This document shows, piece after piece, positions 1 to 16,320 of a stretch of DNA of 64,000 nt. The stretch lies in NCBI RefSeq assembly GCF_009914755.1, contig NC_060942.1; one strand, written 5' to 3'. A model generated the notes under the pieces. It was not told where the DNA came from, searched no databases, and worked only from the letters and a program-made list of their open reading frames with translations. The first letter of the stretch is position 1, and each line of letters opens with the position of its first letter. The translations under genes were made by a program, and so were the position numbers. This stretch comes from the human T2T-CHM13v2.0 reference genome, Homo sapiens.

Positions 1-1339
<1,339 letters not shown>

Positions 1340-1419
1340 CATAATAAAATTTATTTTTAAAATGGCTAATATAGTAAATTTTATGCTTGTGTGTTTTATT
1401 GCAATAAAAAAATTTAAAA

Positions 1420-3287
1420 ATAATAACTGGAGACTTCAGTACTCTATTCTAATAATAGACAAGACAACTAGGTAGATTAATGAACAAAAATACGATTTGA
1501 ACAACAATATAAACTAACCAAACCTAAAAGATGTCTACAGTGAACTTAACAGTAGAATTCTCATTCTCCTCAAGTGCACATGATACATTTTGCAGGAGAG
1601 ACCTCATGTTAGACCATAAATTAAGTATGTACAAATTTAAAATGATTTGAAAATACAAAGTATGTTCTGTGACCACAAAGGAATAAATTACAAATTAGTA
1701 AAACAACAAATAGAGAAATTCACAAATATAACAACATTAAAAACATACTCCTGAATAAACACTGAGTAAAACACAAAATTGCAATGAATATTAGAATATA
1801 CTTTGAAATGAATAAAAAGGAAACACAACATTAAAAAATCTTACATATACAGTAATGCCTACAAGGTTGGAGGACTCACACATCTCAATTTCAAAAGTTT
1901 CTATAAAGGTACAGTAAATAGCTTTAATAATCAAGACAATGTAATACCAGCATAAGTTTGGACATATAGAAGAACGAAAAGAAGGAGAGTCCAGAAATAA
2001 ACCTTTATATTTATGTTCAATTGATTTTTAACAGCGGTGCGCAAGATAAATTCAATGGTGTGGAAAATGCTGAGGTTCCACAATGCTGCTGAGACAAATG
2101 AATATCTGCATGCAAATTAATAAAGTTGGAGCCCTACTTCATACCATATTTTAAAAATAAAAAAGCTTAAAATGGATCAAAGACCTAAATGTAAGGCCTA
2201 ATACTATGAAGCTCTTAGAAGAAAAGATACCCTTAAATCTTCATCGCCATGGATTAGGATTTATAAATATAATACCAAAACCACAAGCAACAAAAGAAAA
2301 AACATGTTAGACTTCATTCAACTTGAAACATTTTGTCCATTAGAGAACATCACCAAGAGTGAGAAAATGCAAGCCCAGAAAGGAGAAAAATATTTGCAAA
2401 TCATATATCTGATAAGAGATTATATAAAGAACAGACAAGGAACTGTTACAGCTTAAAAATAAAAAGACAACCAAAATTTAAAAAGAAGACAAAAGGTTTG
2501 GCTAGGCATTACTTCAAAGAACATAGATAACTGTCCAATAACCACATCATTAGTCATGAGAGAAATGTAGATCAAAACCACAATATGATACCCCTCACAC
2601 CCACAAGAATGTGGCTGATGGTAACAAGTGTTCGTAAGGATGTGGATAAATTGGAATCCTCATATGTTGGTGGTAGACATTTTAAATGGTGCAGTTAAGT
2701 ATGGAAAACAGTTTGGCAGTTCCTCAAAAAGTTAAGCATAGAGTTGCCATATGACCCAACAATTCCATTCTTAAGTTTTTACCCAGAGGAAATGAAAACA
2801 TATGTCCATACAAAACCATGCACACAAATGTTCATAGTAGCATTGTTCGTAATAGCCAAAAATTCAAATATCCATCAGTTGATGAGGGAATAAACAAAAT
2901 ATGGTCCATATAATGGAATATTATTCAGCTATAAAAAGGAATGAAGTACTGATACATGCTACAATATGAATGAGCCTCAGAAATATTATACTGAGTGAAA
3001 GAAGTCAGACACAATTGCCACATATTGTATAATTTCATTATATGAAATACCCGGAACAGACATATTCATGAAGACAGAAAGCAGATTAGAGGTTTCCCAG
3101 GGCTGGTTTGGGGGAGGCAAAACAGAGAGTTACTGCTTAAAGGATATGAGGATCTTTTGGGGTGATAAAATGTTCAGAAATTAGATTGTGGTCACAGTTA
3201 CAATCTTTGTGAATATACTAAAAACCACGGGGTCATACATTTTAAAAGCAATAATATCGTGGTATATGGATTACATCTCAATTTAAA
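1420..3287 (+). mobile_element. Old LINE-1 (L1MB/ME-like): endonuclease region joined at ~1860 to late ORF2 and 3'UTR
   Basis: ttctcctcaagtgcacatg (endonuclease region), then ggaggactcacacatctcaatttc, gacctaaatgtaagg, agagttgccatatgacccaacaattcc. Confidence 0.85.
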
Positions 3288-3364
3288 GGTACCCCTAGTT
3301 CTGCTACAAATACAAGATTAGAAATCTGAAATTGCTGTGTATAGAGGAAATGCCACCCACTGGG

Positions 3365-3562
3365 CATCTAGTATGTGCCTGGCTTTTCACATCTGTTATT
3401 CATTATCTCCTTTAGTCCTCACATGACCACTTCTGCATCAGAAAATGCAAAAGTGCATTTTCTAAGAGGTAAAATATTCTAAGAGGTAAAATAGTTTTCC
3501 CAGGATCATGTTACTAATGTGGGAACAGGAATTTACCTAGACCTTCTGATTCAAATTCTTCT
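3365..3562 (-). mobile_element. MIR SINE
   Basis: Antisense MIR core (cccaggatcatgttactaatgtgggaacaggaattt...tctgattcaaa). Confidence 0.55.
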
Positions 3563-4836
3563 ACTGTATGCTGCCCTTAACATGTGTGGCTGCTAAGAAG
3601 CAAAGATCCTTACAGTGCCCTACTTAGGACGGTGGCAAAAGGTCTATGTATTCGACACCCGTGAAAACAAAAGTAGGGTAGAAAACAGCAAGTTTGTGGC
3701 AGGCCAAGAAGAAAATCCTGGTCTTTTTTATTTTGTATTTTATCAAATCTCTTGTATTCAGGCTGATGACAGATTAAGAAGGAAAGTGAGACAGTGAGTT
3801 AGGATGGGAGGTAGAATAAGAATGTACTCCATGCAGAGTTTAAAATTATTTTATCTTTGTCTATTTTTTTCTACTTCACTTGAATGAATCATTCACATGA
3901 CTAAAACTTTCATCTGGTATCTAGATGTCTCAAATATTTTACACTTGTCTTTTACTACTGCAGTATTCTGCTTTTGCAAATATACACGTTGTTTACTTGA
4001 ACTAGTTCATTCAATGAACAAAAACAATCATGAAAAAATCAGAGAAAAGCAAAGCCAAAGGTGGTTACATGTATAATCAGTAATCACAGACAGAATGTGA
4101 AATTGATTGGTGTAGATGTCAAAGGCAAACTGGAAAGGAAATATGTTTGTGACAGATTCATTCATTTGGATGTCTCTGATCAGTGAAACTGCATAGCTGG
4201 GGACGGGAACAGAGGGAAGACTCTTCACTTCCCTTTTGGGTCCATTGAGTTTTGAACCATGGGAATGAATAGATTACCTCGTCCATAAATGATACCTAAG
4301 ATCAGTTTTTTGAAAGGAAAGAAATTAATAAAATGCTACATTCTGGAAAAGGCATTAAAATTCCTTTGAAAGTGGCTGTTTTTCTTCAAAGCCACGTTGT
4401 GGGTGTGTGTAATGAATGAGCACGGCTGCGGGTGGTGATGAGCATCACCCTTGCTGTAAAATGTGAAGGGCAAAGAACTAGGAGGCAGTCAGGCGCATGG
4501 AGGAAGAGACTTCCCCAACCTGCGCACAGGACAGCCCCTGTGGAGTCAGATGGAAAATGTAGGGTGTGAAGAGCTGTGTTAGGTCCTCCTCTGCTTTTTA
4601 CTCTATAAGGGGAATATATAGAATTCTGAGAATACATAGAATGTGAATGGAGGTAGGGAGGGTGTACAAAAACAAGTCCCTGAAGATTTTTCCTGTGAAT
4701 AGCAAGAAGCCAAGCTGATAATTCTCTTACAGTAAAAATACAATTTAAAAGAAACACAGGTATTATTGTGAGTTAGTAGTTGATGAAGTTGTTGAAAGAT
4801 GTGGACAGGCCTCAGAAGCTGTAATTCCAAAAAGAG

Positions 4837-4995
4837 GTGGTTCAGACTATGAAATCAAAAGGCAAACTTCCTGAATTGGAATCTCATTGCTGTCGTGTAT
4901 TTGCTGGGCAATTTAAGGACAATCGTTTAAGCTCTGTGAGCCTCAGTTTTCTCATCTATAAAATGAGAAAGAATAATATTAAAAGAATAATAACC
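4837..4995 (+). mobile_element. MIR SINE
   Basis: ctctgtgagcctcagttttctcatctataaaatgag is the MIR core. Confidence 0.8.
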
Positions 4996-5459
4996 TACAA
5001 CTTTAAGTTGTTCCACAAAAGCAATGGTTCAGCTACAGAATACTATGCACAAATGAAATTATTTTCAAAGACACAATTTCTAAAACAGATAAAAGTAGGC
5101 TTGCCCTAATTGAATCAAAGTTGGAGAAAGAACTAACTTGTTGCCACTAGGACTCTGGTGCACAGCCTGGAAATCACCATCAGCTTAGAAGATTCCTAAA
5201 GCTCTTTCTGCACACACACTTGCATACATCTATTTCCAAGGATTGACATTGAGTCTTATCCAGTCCTACCCTAAATTTAAACTAGCTGGACTAAAGAACA
5301 ATTGAGAACATTAAAGATTAGTGTTGTAATGTCTATCAATCTTTAAAAATATACATATTGTCCAATTGCAAATTAAGTTGAACAAATTATATCCAATAGA
5401 AAAAAAATCTAATATTATAAAGTGTACTGTTAGTTCTACTCAGTATACTATGTGCTCAC

Positions 5460-5570
5460 CCTGACACCTGAGTCCAGGTCATTGGCAGAGTCTGAAGGAA
5501 ACTCACTAGCATCACACAGGCTGTCCCTCCAAATACTCCAATCACAGTCGACGACAATGTTCCCCAAAGT
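5460..5570 (-). other. Candidate internal exon (111 nt), host unknown
   Basis: Minus strand ...gacctatag|exon|gtgagc (AGG/gtgagc donor); two frames open; unique, GC-richer than flanks; weak pyrimidine tract. Confidence 0.3.
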
Positions 5571-5663
5571 CTATAGGTCAAGTGGCTTTTTAAAGCTCTG
5601 TGCCTATATCTGCATTGGCAACATTCAAGGCAGCAAATTAGTTGAGTTAAAAAAATTATTTTT

Positions 5664-5934
5664 GGCTGGGCGCAGTGGCTCACGCCTGTAATCCCAGCAC
5701 TCTGGGAGGCCAAGGCGGGTGGATCACCTGAGGTCGGTAGTTCGAGACCAGCCTTACCAACCTGGAGAAACCCTGTCTCTACTAAAAATACAAAATTAGC
5801 CAGGTGTGATGGTGCATGCCTGTAATCCCAGCTACTTAGGAGGTTGAGGCAGGAGAATCGCTTGAACCCGGGAGGCGGAGGTTGCGGTGAGCCAAGATCA
5901 CGCCATTGCACTCCAGCCTGGGGAAAAAAAAAAG
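5664..5934 (+). mobile_element. Alu (AluSp-like), right arm lacking its last ~20 nt
   Basis: Dimer with ...accaacctggagaaacc; ctccagcctgggg runs directly into poly(A). Confidence 0.9.
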
Positions 5935-5941
5935 TTATTAT

Positions 5942-6176
<235 letters not shown>

Positions 6177-6209
<33 letters not shown>
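6177..6209. repeat. (TA)n microsatellite
   Basis: Perfect TA run after Alu tail. Confidence 0.95.
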
Positions 6210-6213
<4 letters not shown>

Positions 6214-6446
6214 CCAAAAGGTTTTCTTCCAATAAAAAGCAGTTTTGTTTGGTACTCCTAAAGGCAATTCCATGTTTTTTTTTTATTGTTAATAAAGTTG
6301 GGTCTTTACACACACACACATATTTTATAAGCATTCACAATGGTGATCTCTAGAAGAAGCCAGTGCAAATGTTCTGACAGTTAAAATTATTTAAATATTT
6401 GACATTAAAAAAAATTGTAGTTAGCAAGCCTTTAAAAATACATACA

Positions 6447-6885
<439 letters not shown>

Positions 6886-7099
6886 TTAGAAAACTACTCT
6901 TCAGGAAATAAAAGGAAGTGGCATCAAGCAGTTTTCACTGTTTTTATTTGTTTATCTTGTTTTGCCCCACGTTTGTTGTTGCCAGACATGTCATTAATTA
7001 CTGCCATGTTTCCCCTGTGAATATATTTATTGGCCTAAAATAAGAAGTCCTCAGCTAGGAAGATATTTAGTGTAAACAGTGTCAGAAGCAGTGAGTTAC

Positions 7100-7205
7100 C
7101 ATCAAGCATTTTGGAAATCAGTTCTCTGACTCCAGAAGTCTCTGCTCCTGACCTTGACATTCGTGACAGAAGTCCCAAAGGTGTTCTACTCTTTAATTCG
7201 TTTTG
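7100..7205 (-). other. Candidate internal exon (106 nt), host unknown
   Basis: Minus strand gattgctttggcag|...ATG|gtaact; one open frame QNELKSRTPLGLLSRMSRSGAETSGVRELISKMLD. Confidence 0.2.
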
Positions 7206-8673
7206 CTGCCAAAGCAATCCATAGTTTTCATTATTAATAAAGCTATTAGTCAAGGTACAGATATACTTGGAGAGATGCATTTTAAGTTGCAAGCTCTGAA
7301 TCCTGCAGACTACACGTTTGTGTGAGGATGAGGAGACGAATACACTTCTTAGATCTATTCCACAGATAGATCTAGCAGCAATAACAAAAAATTACAGAGG
7401 GAAGTTGACCTATATCTTAGCTGTGTTCTAAATAATATAACATAAGCAAGTAAAACAACTTTTTCCCCAAGTTATGATTCCTCCAAAATGTCTTTCTGTT
7501 CTAATCTAGTTTAGTTACTCTTTTATCAAATAATTTTCAGTAAGATTGGTAGAGCACACATACAAAATACCAGAACAGACATGAAGAAGAGATTTTGTAA
7601 CTTGAGTTTGGACAATAGGGTAGCTCTAAAGGATGACTAGGATATGGGAAGTCATTACCCTCAGGAAACCACCCCAGAAAGTAAAAACAACACTTCCTAC
7701 CTAAAGGTAGCTTTAAACAAGTCTTGTTGTCCTGACTTCCAATCAATCATTTCCCAAGATACTCCTAAGTAGCTGTTCCAGAGCTACAATTGCTATCTTG
7801 CTAACCCAAGAATATAATTTCTCATTTTCTAATATCATATTCACTGTGAAGATTTTGTAAAGTACCGTTTATAGAGGAACAGAAGAGAGTAAATTCTTGT
7901 CTCTGATTAAGGAATTTTGAAATCCCATCAGAATATTCAGGGGCAAAACACAGCTGGGGCTCCAATCTGACCAACTCAGAGTTCAGAAATATTTCCTAAA
8001 TTAGGACCATTCTTCAGTGATATGATGTCATACAGTGTTTCCTGAAGTTTGAGTCTTTTTTTTTCCATATACTCTTTCCACCTAAATTGTGTAAAATTAT
8101 CCCTTGACATTTTTCCAGACTTCACACAATCCTTTTGGAAAATTCTTAACTACTCTTCTCCACACCTCAAGAGCAGGTGCTTGATCAAGAACCAGAAAAA
8201 GTGCTTAAATTTTACCAGTGAAAAACTGAAGATAGAAAACACCAGTCCTCTACAAATAATAATAAAAATAATAACACTTTAACATTCATTGAGTGCTTCT
8301 TATATCCCAGGTAATGTGCTCAGCAGTGCTATCATGATAAAAGCTATTTGCCCAGGAAACAGTGGAGTGAAGAGTATGGGCAGCCTGGACATTTCAGCAA
8401 AGGAGGTCAAATGCAAAGCTCTGGAGGTATTAACTCCTATAGTGGATTGAGCAGCTGCAAGCAGTTCCATATGTGTGGAGTGCCGCATGTTACAGAGCAA
8501 GTGGTATTACATGAAGAAGTAACATATACATATTTACATTTGCATATGCACAAAATACATTTGAGGAGATCATAAGAAACTTAACATTGGTTTGCCTGGG
8601 GAAAAACAGTGCTAGTCAGGGGTAAACAGGATATTTGGTTTGAATTTAATATTTAATCATGCATTTTTAATTA

Positions 8674-8982
<309 letters not shown>

Positions 8983-11427
8983 TCATGTGCTGAACAAGAA
9001 AGGAACAGGTCAAGAAGAAGTGGAATAGCTCTATGGGTAAAGGAAATCGGGTAACCAAGAATATATTCAGTAATTGCTGACTCACACTGAGTGCCCAGCC
9101 ACGTTTAGTACCTATTAATTTGTAGATATTTTTCTCCAGTTGATTGGCAACTTTGGTATAATAGACAGTAAGCAAGTGGTTTTCTAAGTGAACTCATTGG
9201 ATATGGATGAAGAACAAGGACTGTAAGTTGTGGGACCAGAAAGAGGCAACATGTAGCAATTAACCACAATATTTTTATTGGTTAAAGAAGCGAAATGAGA
9301 AGAGCAGTGATAAACTGAGTAAGCTAAGATTATAAGTTCTAAAAAGATGACAAAGTACAGAGAAGTGGAAATAAAGGAGGAAAAGGACTCAAAGTAGAGA
9401 AGTTTGGGTCAGCACAAGAGACTAAGTTTAATATTTCAGAGAGGGCATGGGTATGGCACCAGGACATGAAGTGCCATGAAGGCAAAACTTAGAATTGGGT
9501 GGGTGAAGAAGGGTGAGAGGATTTTGAGTCTACAATACTTAACTGAATATGCCTTGGACAGATGAGTGCCCAGAGTGATTTTAGGATGTGGATTTTCTGA
9601 GTCCTAGCCATAAAGAGAGATGCTTCACATTGTGCTGAAATAGATTCATCTGTGGCTGGGATAACGCTGAGAAGGTATGTACATATGGTTTGGTGGTGAC
9701 AGTGAAAGAGAAAATAAAACTTTTTAATGGACTACAGATGGTGAGTTACTAGTTGTGAAGGTTTCAGGGAAGACTTAACAAAGAAACAGGTGATATTTGA
9801 GGTAGGTCTTAAAGTAGGAATTCAACTAACAGAAAGAAACTTAGTAGAAGCATTACAGCCTGAGGGAAGGGTACAAATGGAGGCCTAGTTTCTGTTGTTT
9901 AATCCTGAGACTACTTGAAGTTTGATTTCTGAAAACTGCTGTTTCAGTCTGGTACATGAGCCCTTCTTTGACTTGCTTTTCATGTATGCAAATTCTCCCT
10001 TTCCTTTATGGAACATATATTAATGGAAATAAATGAGCACTTATGGGATTCATTTGCTTCATGCTCCAATTTTTTTTGTTTCTTTCCTATGAGAGGGACA
10101 CAATAGTCCAGACTACAATTCTAAGGAGAAATGCCTTAGCATGGTTGCAAATTATAAAATAAGTAGATTATTAATGTAACTCAAATGACTGGAATTTGAG
10201 TTAAGGTCCCTTTTTGAAATTAAATATCCAGGAAGTTTCTACAGAACTTGGAGGAGGAAGCTGTTCAAATTGTCCCTGGGGTGAGGCTATGTAATGTATA
10301 ATTCAAAAGAAACTGGTATATATAGCTTGGGAACCTGATGCTGAGTTGGCAGGCCAGGATAATTAGTAATAGCCACTTCCAACAGCTATATAAATCAAGA
10401 TAAATCATAGAGAGATTGGAGCTCCTGATCCAATATGGGAGAATATGAAATATCTGTTGAGATCATTTTTTAAATTCCAATTTAGCATATAGTGCTTAGC
10501 CATTCCATTCCACAGCTAAGTAATATGTAAGTATAAACATACATTGTCATTCACAATTAAGCAGCCTACTTATGGAATTATCAGACATATGTTTTGCTCT
10601 CGCTTCACCTCCCTGATCCTTTATAGTACATGAATAATAAAATAAATAAAATGATTTTTATTTGTCACAACACAACACAAATTGTCCTTACTTTGGAAAA
10701 GTAGCAAATTAGAACCCACTTTAAAATTTTATTTATAATTTCAGATATGTTTTTGCAGATTAATTTCCTATACTTTAAGCTACATTAAGTTTGTCCTCAT
10801 GCTCTTTGTTTCTGCACTCTGAAACTAGAAATCTCTTTCCCAGACATCTTCCAAGTCAGTGACTAATGCAACAGGAGACAGGAGAATGAGAAGATGAAGA
10901 AGATCAGGTTCCTACCTCAATGCACTTGGAGTCTAACCAGGAGAAAATAAGCATGAACTATATAACTAGTAAGGACAACAAGTGCTATTGCAAGCAATGT
11001 GTGAAGGAACATGGAGGACAGATTATAGAATCTGGTGATTAAGGGTCCGGAAAGGAGAGGTCTTTCAGGGAAGAGAGGTCTTTCGAGTAAACACTGAGAA
11101 TCGGTGTATTTTCAGCAGATGTAAAGGGGGACGGAGATATCTCAGGCAGCAAGGACAGCTGATTTAAGAATAGGGGCCTAAAAGTATAGACAATATTTAG
11201 AAAATAGTGAGTAATAACAATTGCAGTCTAAGACTATATGCACCTAGAAGGTGATTATATATTTTTAAAAGATTATTGAAAGTTAGCTTGATCAGGAAGG
11301 ACCTTGAATAAATTTGTAAGGAATGTCAGCTTTAAATGTGGATACCCTAAATTAACTGCATTAATGTGCAATGCAATGCTAATGATCATTTTGTGACTTA
11401 TCCTCTATGAAAGTTTGTGTTTTATAG

Positions 11428-11511
11428 GTCAAGAAGACCAAGACCTGAAAACAAATTCAATGTTCCAATAATTGGCTGTCACAAGCAGCTGTTTAGTGTG
11501 TGTTACAGGGT
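11428..11511 (+). other. Candidate exon (84 nt)
   Basis: tttgtgttttatag|...GGT|gtaagt; length divisible by 3; one open frame. Confidence 0.25.
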
Positions 11512-12181
11512 GTAAGTGTAGTTTCAGGCAATAAAGGCTTAAGAAAATCCACTAAGACAAATTCCACATTTTCATTTTCATGTATGGATCTCATATTTTC
11601 TCCAATGGAGTCATATCATTATTCGTTAATAAATCATTCATTAATAAACCTTAATGAAATCTATGGCTTCGACACTTTAGATGCTGAAATTTAGGGATCT
11701 AATAATTAAAAATAGCTAAAGTTTCCTTCCGCTTAGAAAAAATTAATACCCGTGCTACAAAACTTTGCTGTGTATCGATTCATTAATTACTTTCTCTTGG
11801 AATTTTTTAAACATATATCTATCAGAAAGTGCACACCAGTTGAAAAGGGGTGGTATGGACAGTAGCTGCTTCACTTTCCTAGTTTTAACGTAACCCAGAA
11901 CCTGTTGCAAGAGCTGTATATTTTACATAATAGTTGGGTTGCAAGTGACGGAAATGAAATATAGAATCATATATTTTAAAAGGGTTCAATAACAAAGTCA
12001 AAGAAACAGTATGGATGAATCCAGGTTCTGGAAAGACTGGATCCAGGACATTAGGCAGCTTTAGGACTCATTCTTAATCCTTTTATTTACCTCTTAGCTC
12101 TGCTTTTCTTCATTAATTTAAATTTGCCATTCCTTTATGGATGGAATCATAGCCACGGCCAGTTCTGAGCTAATATTCTTA

Positions 12182-12416
12182 CAGCAAGGTTCCTTGACAT
12201 CAGAGCTATTGACATTTTGGTCTGGATAATTCTTTGTTTTGGAGATCTGCTCCATGCAGTGCAGGATGTCAAGCAGCCTCCCTGGCCTCCACCCACTAAA
12301 TGCCAGTAGTGCCTTCTACTCCTCACCAACTCCAGCTGTAACAACAAAAGTTTTCTCCAGACAGTGCCAAATGTCCTCTGGGGGCAGTGAAATTGTCCCC
12401 AGTTGAGAACAACTGC
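12182..12416. mobile_element. MER20 (hAT-Charlie DNA transposon fossil)
   Basis: ctattgacattttggtctggataattctttgtt...ccactaaatgccagtag...tgccaaatgtcctctggggg...gttgagaacaactg. Confidence 0.85.
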
Positions 12417-13788
12417 ATTACAGTCTTAATGTCAGAGACGGAGAGCTCATTCACACAATTTGCATCCAGAAAAATCCAAAAGAACAGTTTTGTTCTGTGT
12501 GGGCCACATACCCACCCTGAACCACACCTCTTAATGAGAAAAGTGAGGTATCATGATGGGCTCAGCTTGGGAAAATGCTATATCAACTAAAACTCTTAGA
12601 AAGACTATCAGATTGCAAACTCCAGGAGACACTATTGATATAACAATATATGTATATTGTCATAGGTTGTTAATAATTAGAATTATTTGAATTAAGGAAA
12701 TCATTCATGAAGATAAAAAATGCCATGGCAAAGCAGGAAGGAGGATTAGTATTATAGAAATATATTTAATGCAGGCTTCACAGTAACCACAAAGCAGAGG
12801 CAGTCCATCACTGGAGAAACTTGAAGTCTGTGGCCCATTAAAAGTAACCGTAGTAGGAACAAAACAAAAGCCTAGCTCAACTACTGGCCACATTGCCAAG
12901 ATCCCCAGACTAATGACATGAGAATAAAGAAGCATACCCATTTCTGGCCAAAATAATTATTTACTTCAGTTTCTAGTATTGTTTTACGAAAACCATTGTC
13001 AAGAGATAAAATAAGTAATATAATCAGACACAGAGATGACACAGAGGTTGGAACTGTCATGGCTTATAAACCTGAGTGACAAGAAAAGTTAAACAAAGTT
13101 CTTCAGACAAAAGAAATATGGTATGCATAGAAAATTTTATCTATTCAAAGGAATTAAGATTAACAAAAATGTATAAATGTGGATAAATATAAAAATATCT
13201 TTTATTCTTTACTTTTAATCTTCTTAAACAATTGAAAAATATAATAAGAAGTAAAAAAGAAACACAAAAGCAAAAATAAAAATAAAATAAAAAACATAAA
13301 AGTAAAACTGAGAATCTAGGGCAAAAATATAAATCTATTTGGCAGTTCATAATATATGCATAAGTAAAATGTATGACAACAAGACAGGAGGGTAAATACA
13401 TAATTATTTGGTTTTGAAGTTCTTTCACCATACATGAAGTAATGTATTTTTTGAAAGCAGACTTTCATATGTTACAAATTTGTGTAGTAAAATCTAGAGC
13501 CACCACTAAGATATAAAACAACTATAAAGTTTTTAGTGGCAATAAAATGGAATCATAAATAAACATTCAATTAATCCAAAAAAGAGAGGAAAGGTAGAAA
13601 AAAGGAGAAAACAACAGATAGGACAAATTTAAAAAAAACCAAAAAGCAAAAAGTAGATAAAACCCCAAGCATATCAAAAATTATATTGAGTAAATAACCA
13701 AAAAATTCCAATTTTTGGAATTCAAATTAAAATCACAGCCCTATATGTAAGAAATTTATTTTAAATATAAAGATATAGATGGATATAA

Positions 13789-14275
13789 GTCTCATTAGTC
13801 TATTTTTGTTTGGTTGTGTTTGCTTTTGGGGACTTGGTCATACATTATTTTCCAGGCCAATGTCAAGAAGAGTTTTTCCTAGGTTTTCTTCTAGGGATTT
13901 TACAGTTTCAGATCTTATGTTTAGGTCTGTAATTCGCCTTCAGTTAATTTTTCTATGTGGCGAGAGGTATGGCTCCAGTTTCATTCTTCTGCATATGGGT
14001 ATCCCAGCACCATTTATCGAATAGGGTGTCATTACCCCAGTGTATTTTTTGTTGTTGACTTTGTCAAAGATTAGTTGGTTGTAGTTATACAGCTTTTTTG
14101 GGGGTTCTCTATTCTGTTCCATTGATCTGTGTGTCTATTTTTGTACCAGTAACCTGCTGTTTTGGTTACTATAGCCTTGTAGTATAATTTGATTAAATGC
14201 CTCCAGCTTCATTATTTTTGTTTACTATTGCCTTGGCTATTTGGGTTACTTTTGGTTCCATGTGAATTTTAGCAT
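13789..14275 (-). mobile_element. Younger LINE-1 internal ORF2 fragment, antisense
   Basis: ctctattctgttccattgatc...ttttggttactatagccttgtagtata; ORF 13940-14122(-) resembles L1 ORF2. Confidence 0.9.
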
Positions 14276-15292
14276 TTAAAGTAAAAGATGAGAAAGATAC
14301 AATGTAAAACACAAATCAGAAGGAAACTGGAGAGTTTGTATTACTATCAAAAAAATCAGACTTAGAACAATGTGTATTATCAGAATTATCGGAAATCAGA
14401 ACATAAAGATAAGGGAGTAAGTTTATTTTAATCTTTTTAAAAGTGTGTATTAATCTAATAACAAAGCTTTAAATACACAAAGGAAAAACTGATTGAAATG
14501 AAAAGAGATAGAAACAAATCCATAATTATTGTTGGAGAATTCACCCTCTAAGTTATTAATAAAATAAATAGATCAAAATAATCAGTAAAAATATAGGTGA
14601 CAGTAGCAGAATACACATTATTTTTAAGTCCCTATGGAATATTCACCAACATAGGCCACACAGTCTGGGTGATAATGAAACTCCCAATAAATATGGAAGG
14701 ACAAAAATAATACAGAATATGTCTTCAGACAATAGTGGACTAAAACTAGAAATGAAAAACAGAAAATGCATTCCTATTAAAAAATTCAGTATCTTTCTTC
14801 TAAATAATCAATGTCTCAGAAAAGAAATTATGAGAGAAATGGATAGTATTTTGAATTGAGTACAAATGGAAACAACATAAATATTTGTGAGTTACAGCAA
14901 CATTTGTGCTGAGAAAAATCACAATCTTTAATACTTTTATTTAAAACAGAAAAATTTCAAAACAATGATCCAAGCTTTCCCCTTATGAAACTAAAAAAAA
15001 TCATCTAACCCAAGCTAAACAAAAGAAGGAAGTCATAGATAAAAACAAAAAGGAAGAAAATAAAAAAATTTAAAAATAAAGGAGAAAAAATAATTTTAAA
15101 AAGCTAGTTATTTGGAAAGACCAATACAATTGATAAATCTCTAGTCAGATGACCAAAAAAGGAAAACAAAAGAAGAAAAGACACTAAAGACCTATAAAAG
15201 GAATGAAAGACTGAACTTCACAGGTTAATTGATAAATATGCTTAAAAACATTTGTCAATAAACTCCTGAACTAGGTAAAATAGAAAACTTCT

Positions 15293-15616
<324 letters not shown>

Positions 15617-15855
15617 TTAGATGAAATGTAAAACTTCTTCAGAAGGCAAAAATTACCAAAGCTCACTCAATAAGCATAGAGAAACAGAACAGTGCTATAT
15701 CTATTAAAGAAACATTTTTTTAATTAGAAACCTTCCCACAAAGAAAATTCCAAGTCACTGGTGAATTCTCCAAAACATTTAAAAGAGAAATAACACCAAA
15801 TCTACATACTATTCCAGAAAATAAAGAGAGGGGATTCTTCCAAACCTATTTTTAT

Positions 15856-16177
<322 letters not shown>

Positions 16178-16320
16178 CAAACCTATTTTTATGAAATCAG
16201 TATTACCCTTACACCAAGACCATCCAAAGGCATTATAAGGGAAAGAAAACCTACAATGTCCCTCATGAGCATAGACACAAAAAGAAATCAAACAAAATAT
16301 TTAGTAAAAATAATTCAGCC

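Noticed and set aside
7100-7140. VRELISKMLD resembling a kinase C-lobe helix
   Set aside because: Too short, with no other kinase motifs nearby; likely chance.
7350-7374. 9-bp inverted repeat tagatctat/atagatcta
   Set aside because: Expected by chance in 64 kb of AT-rich DNA.
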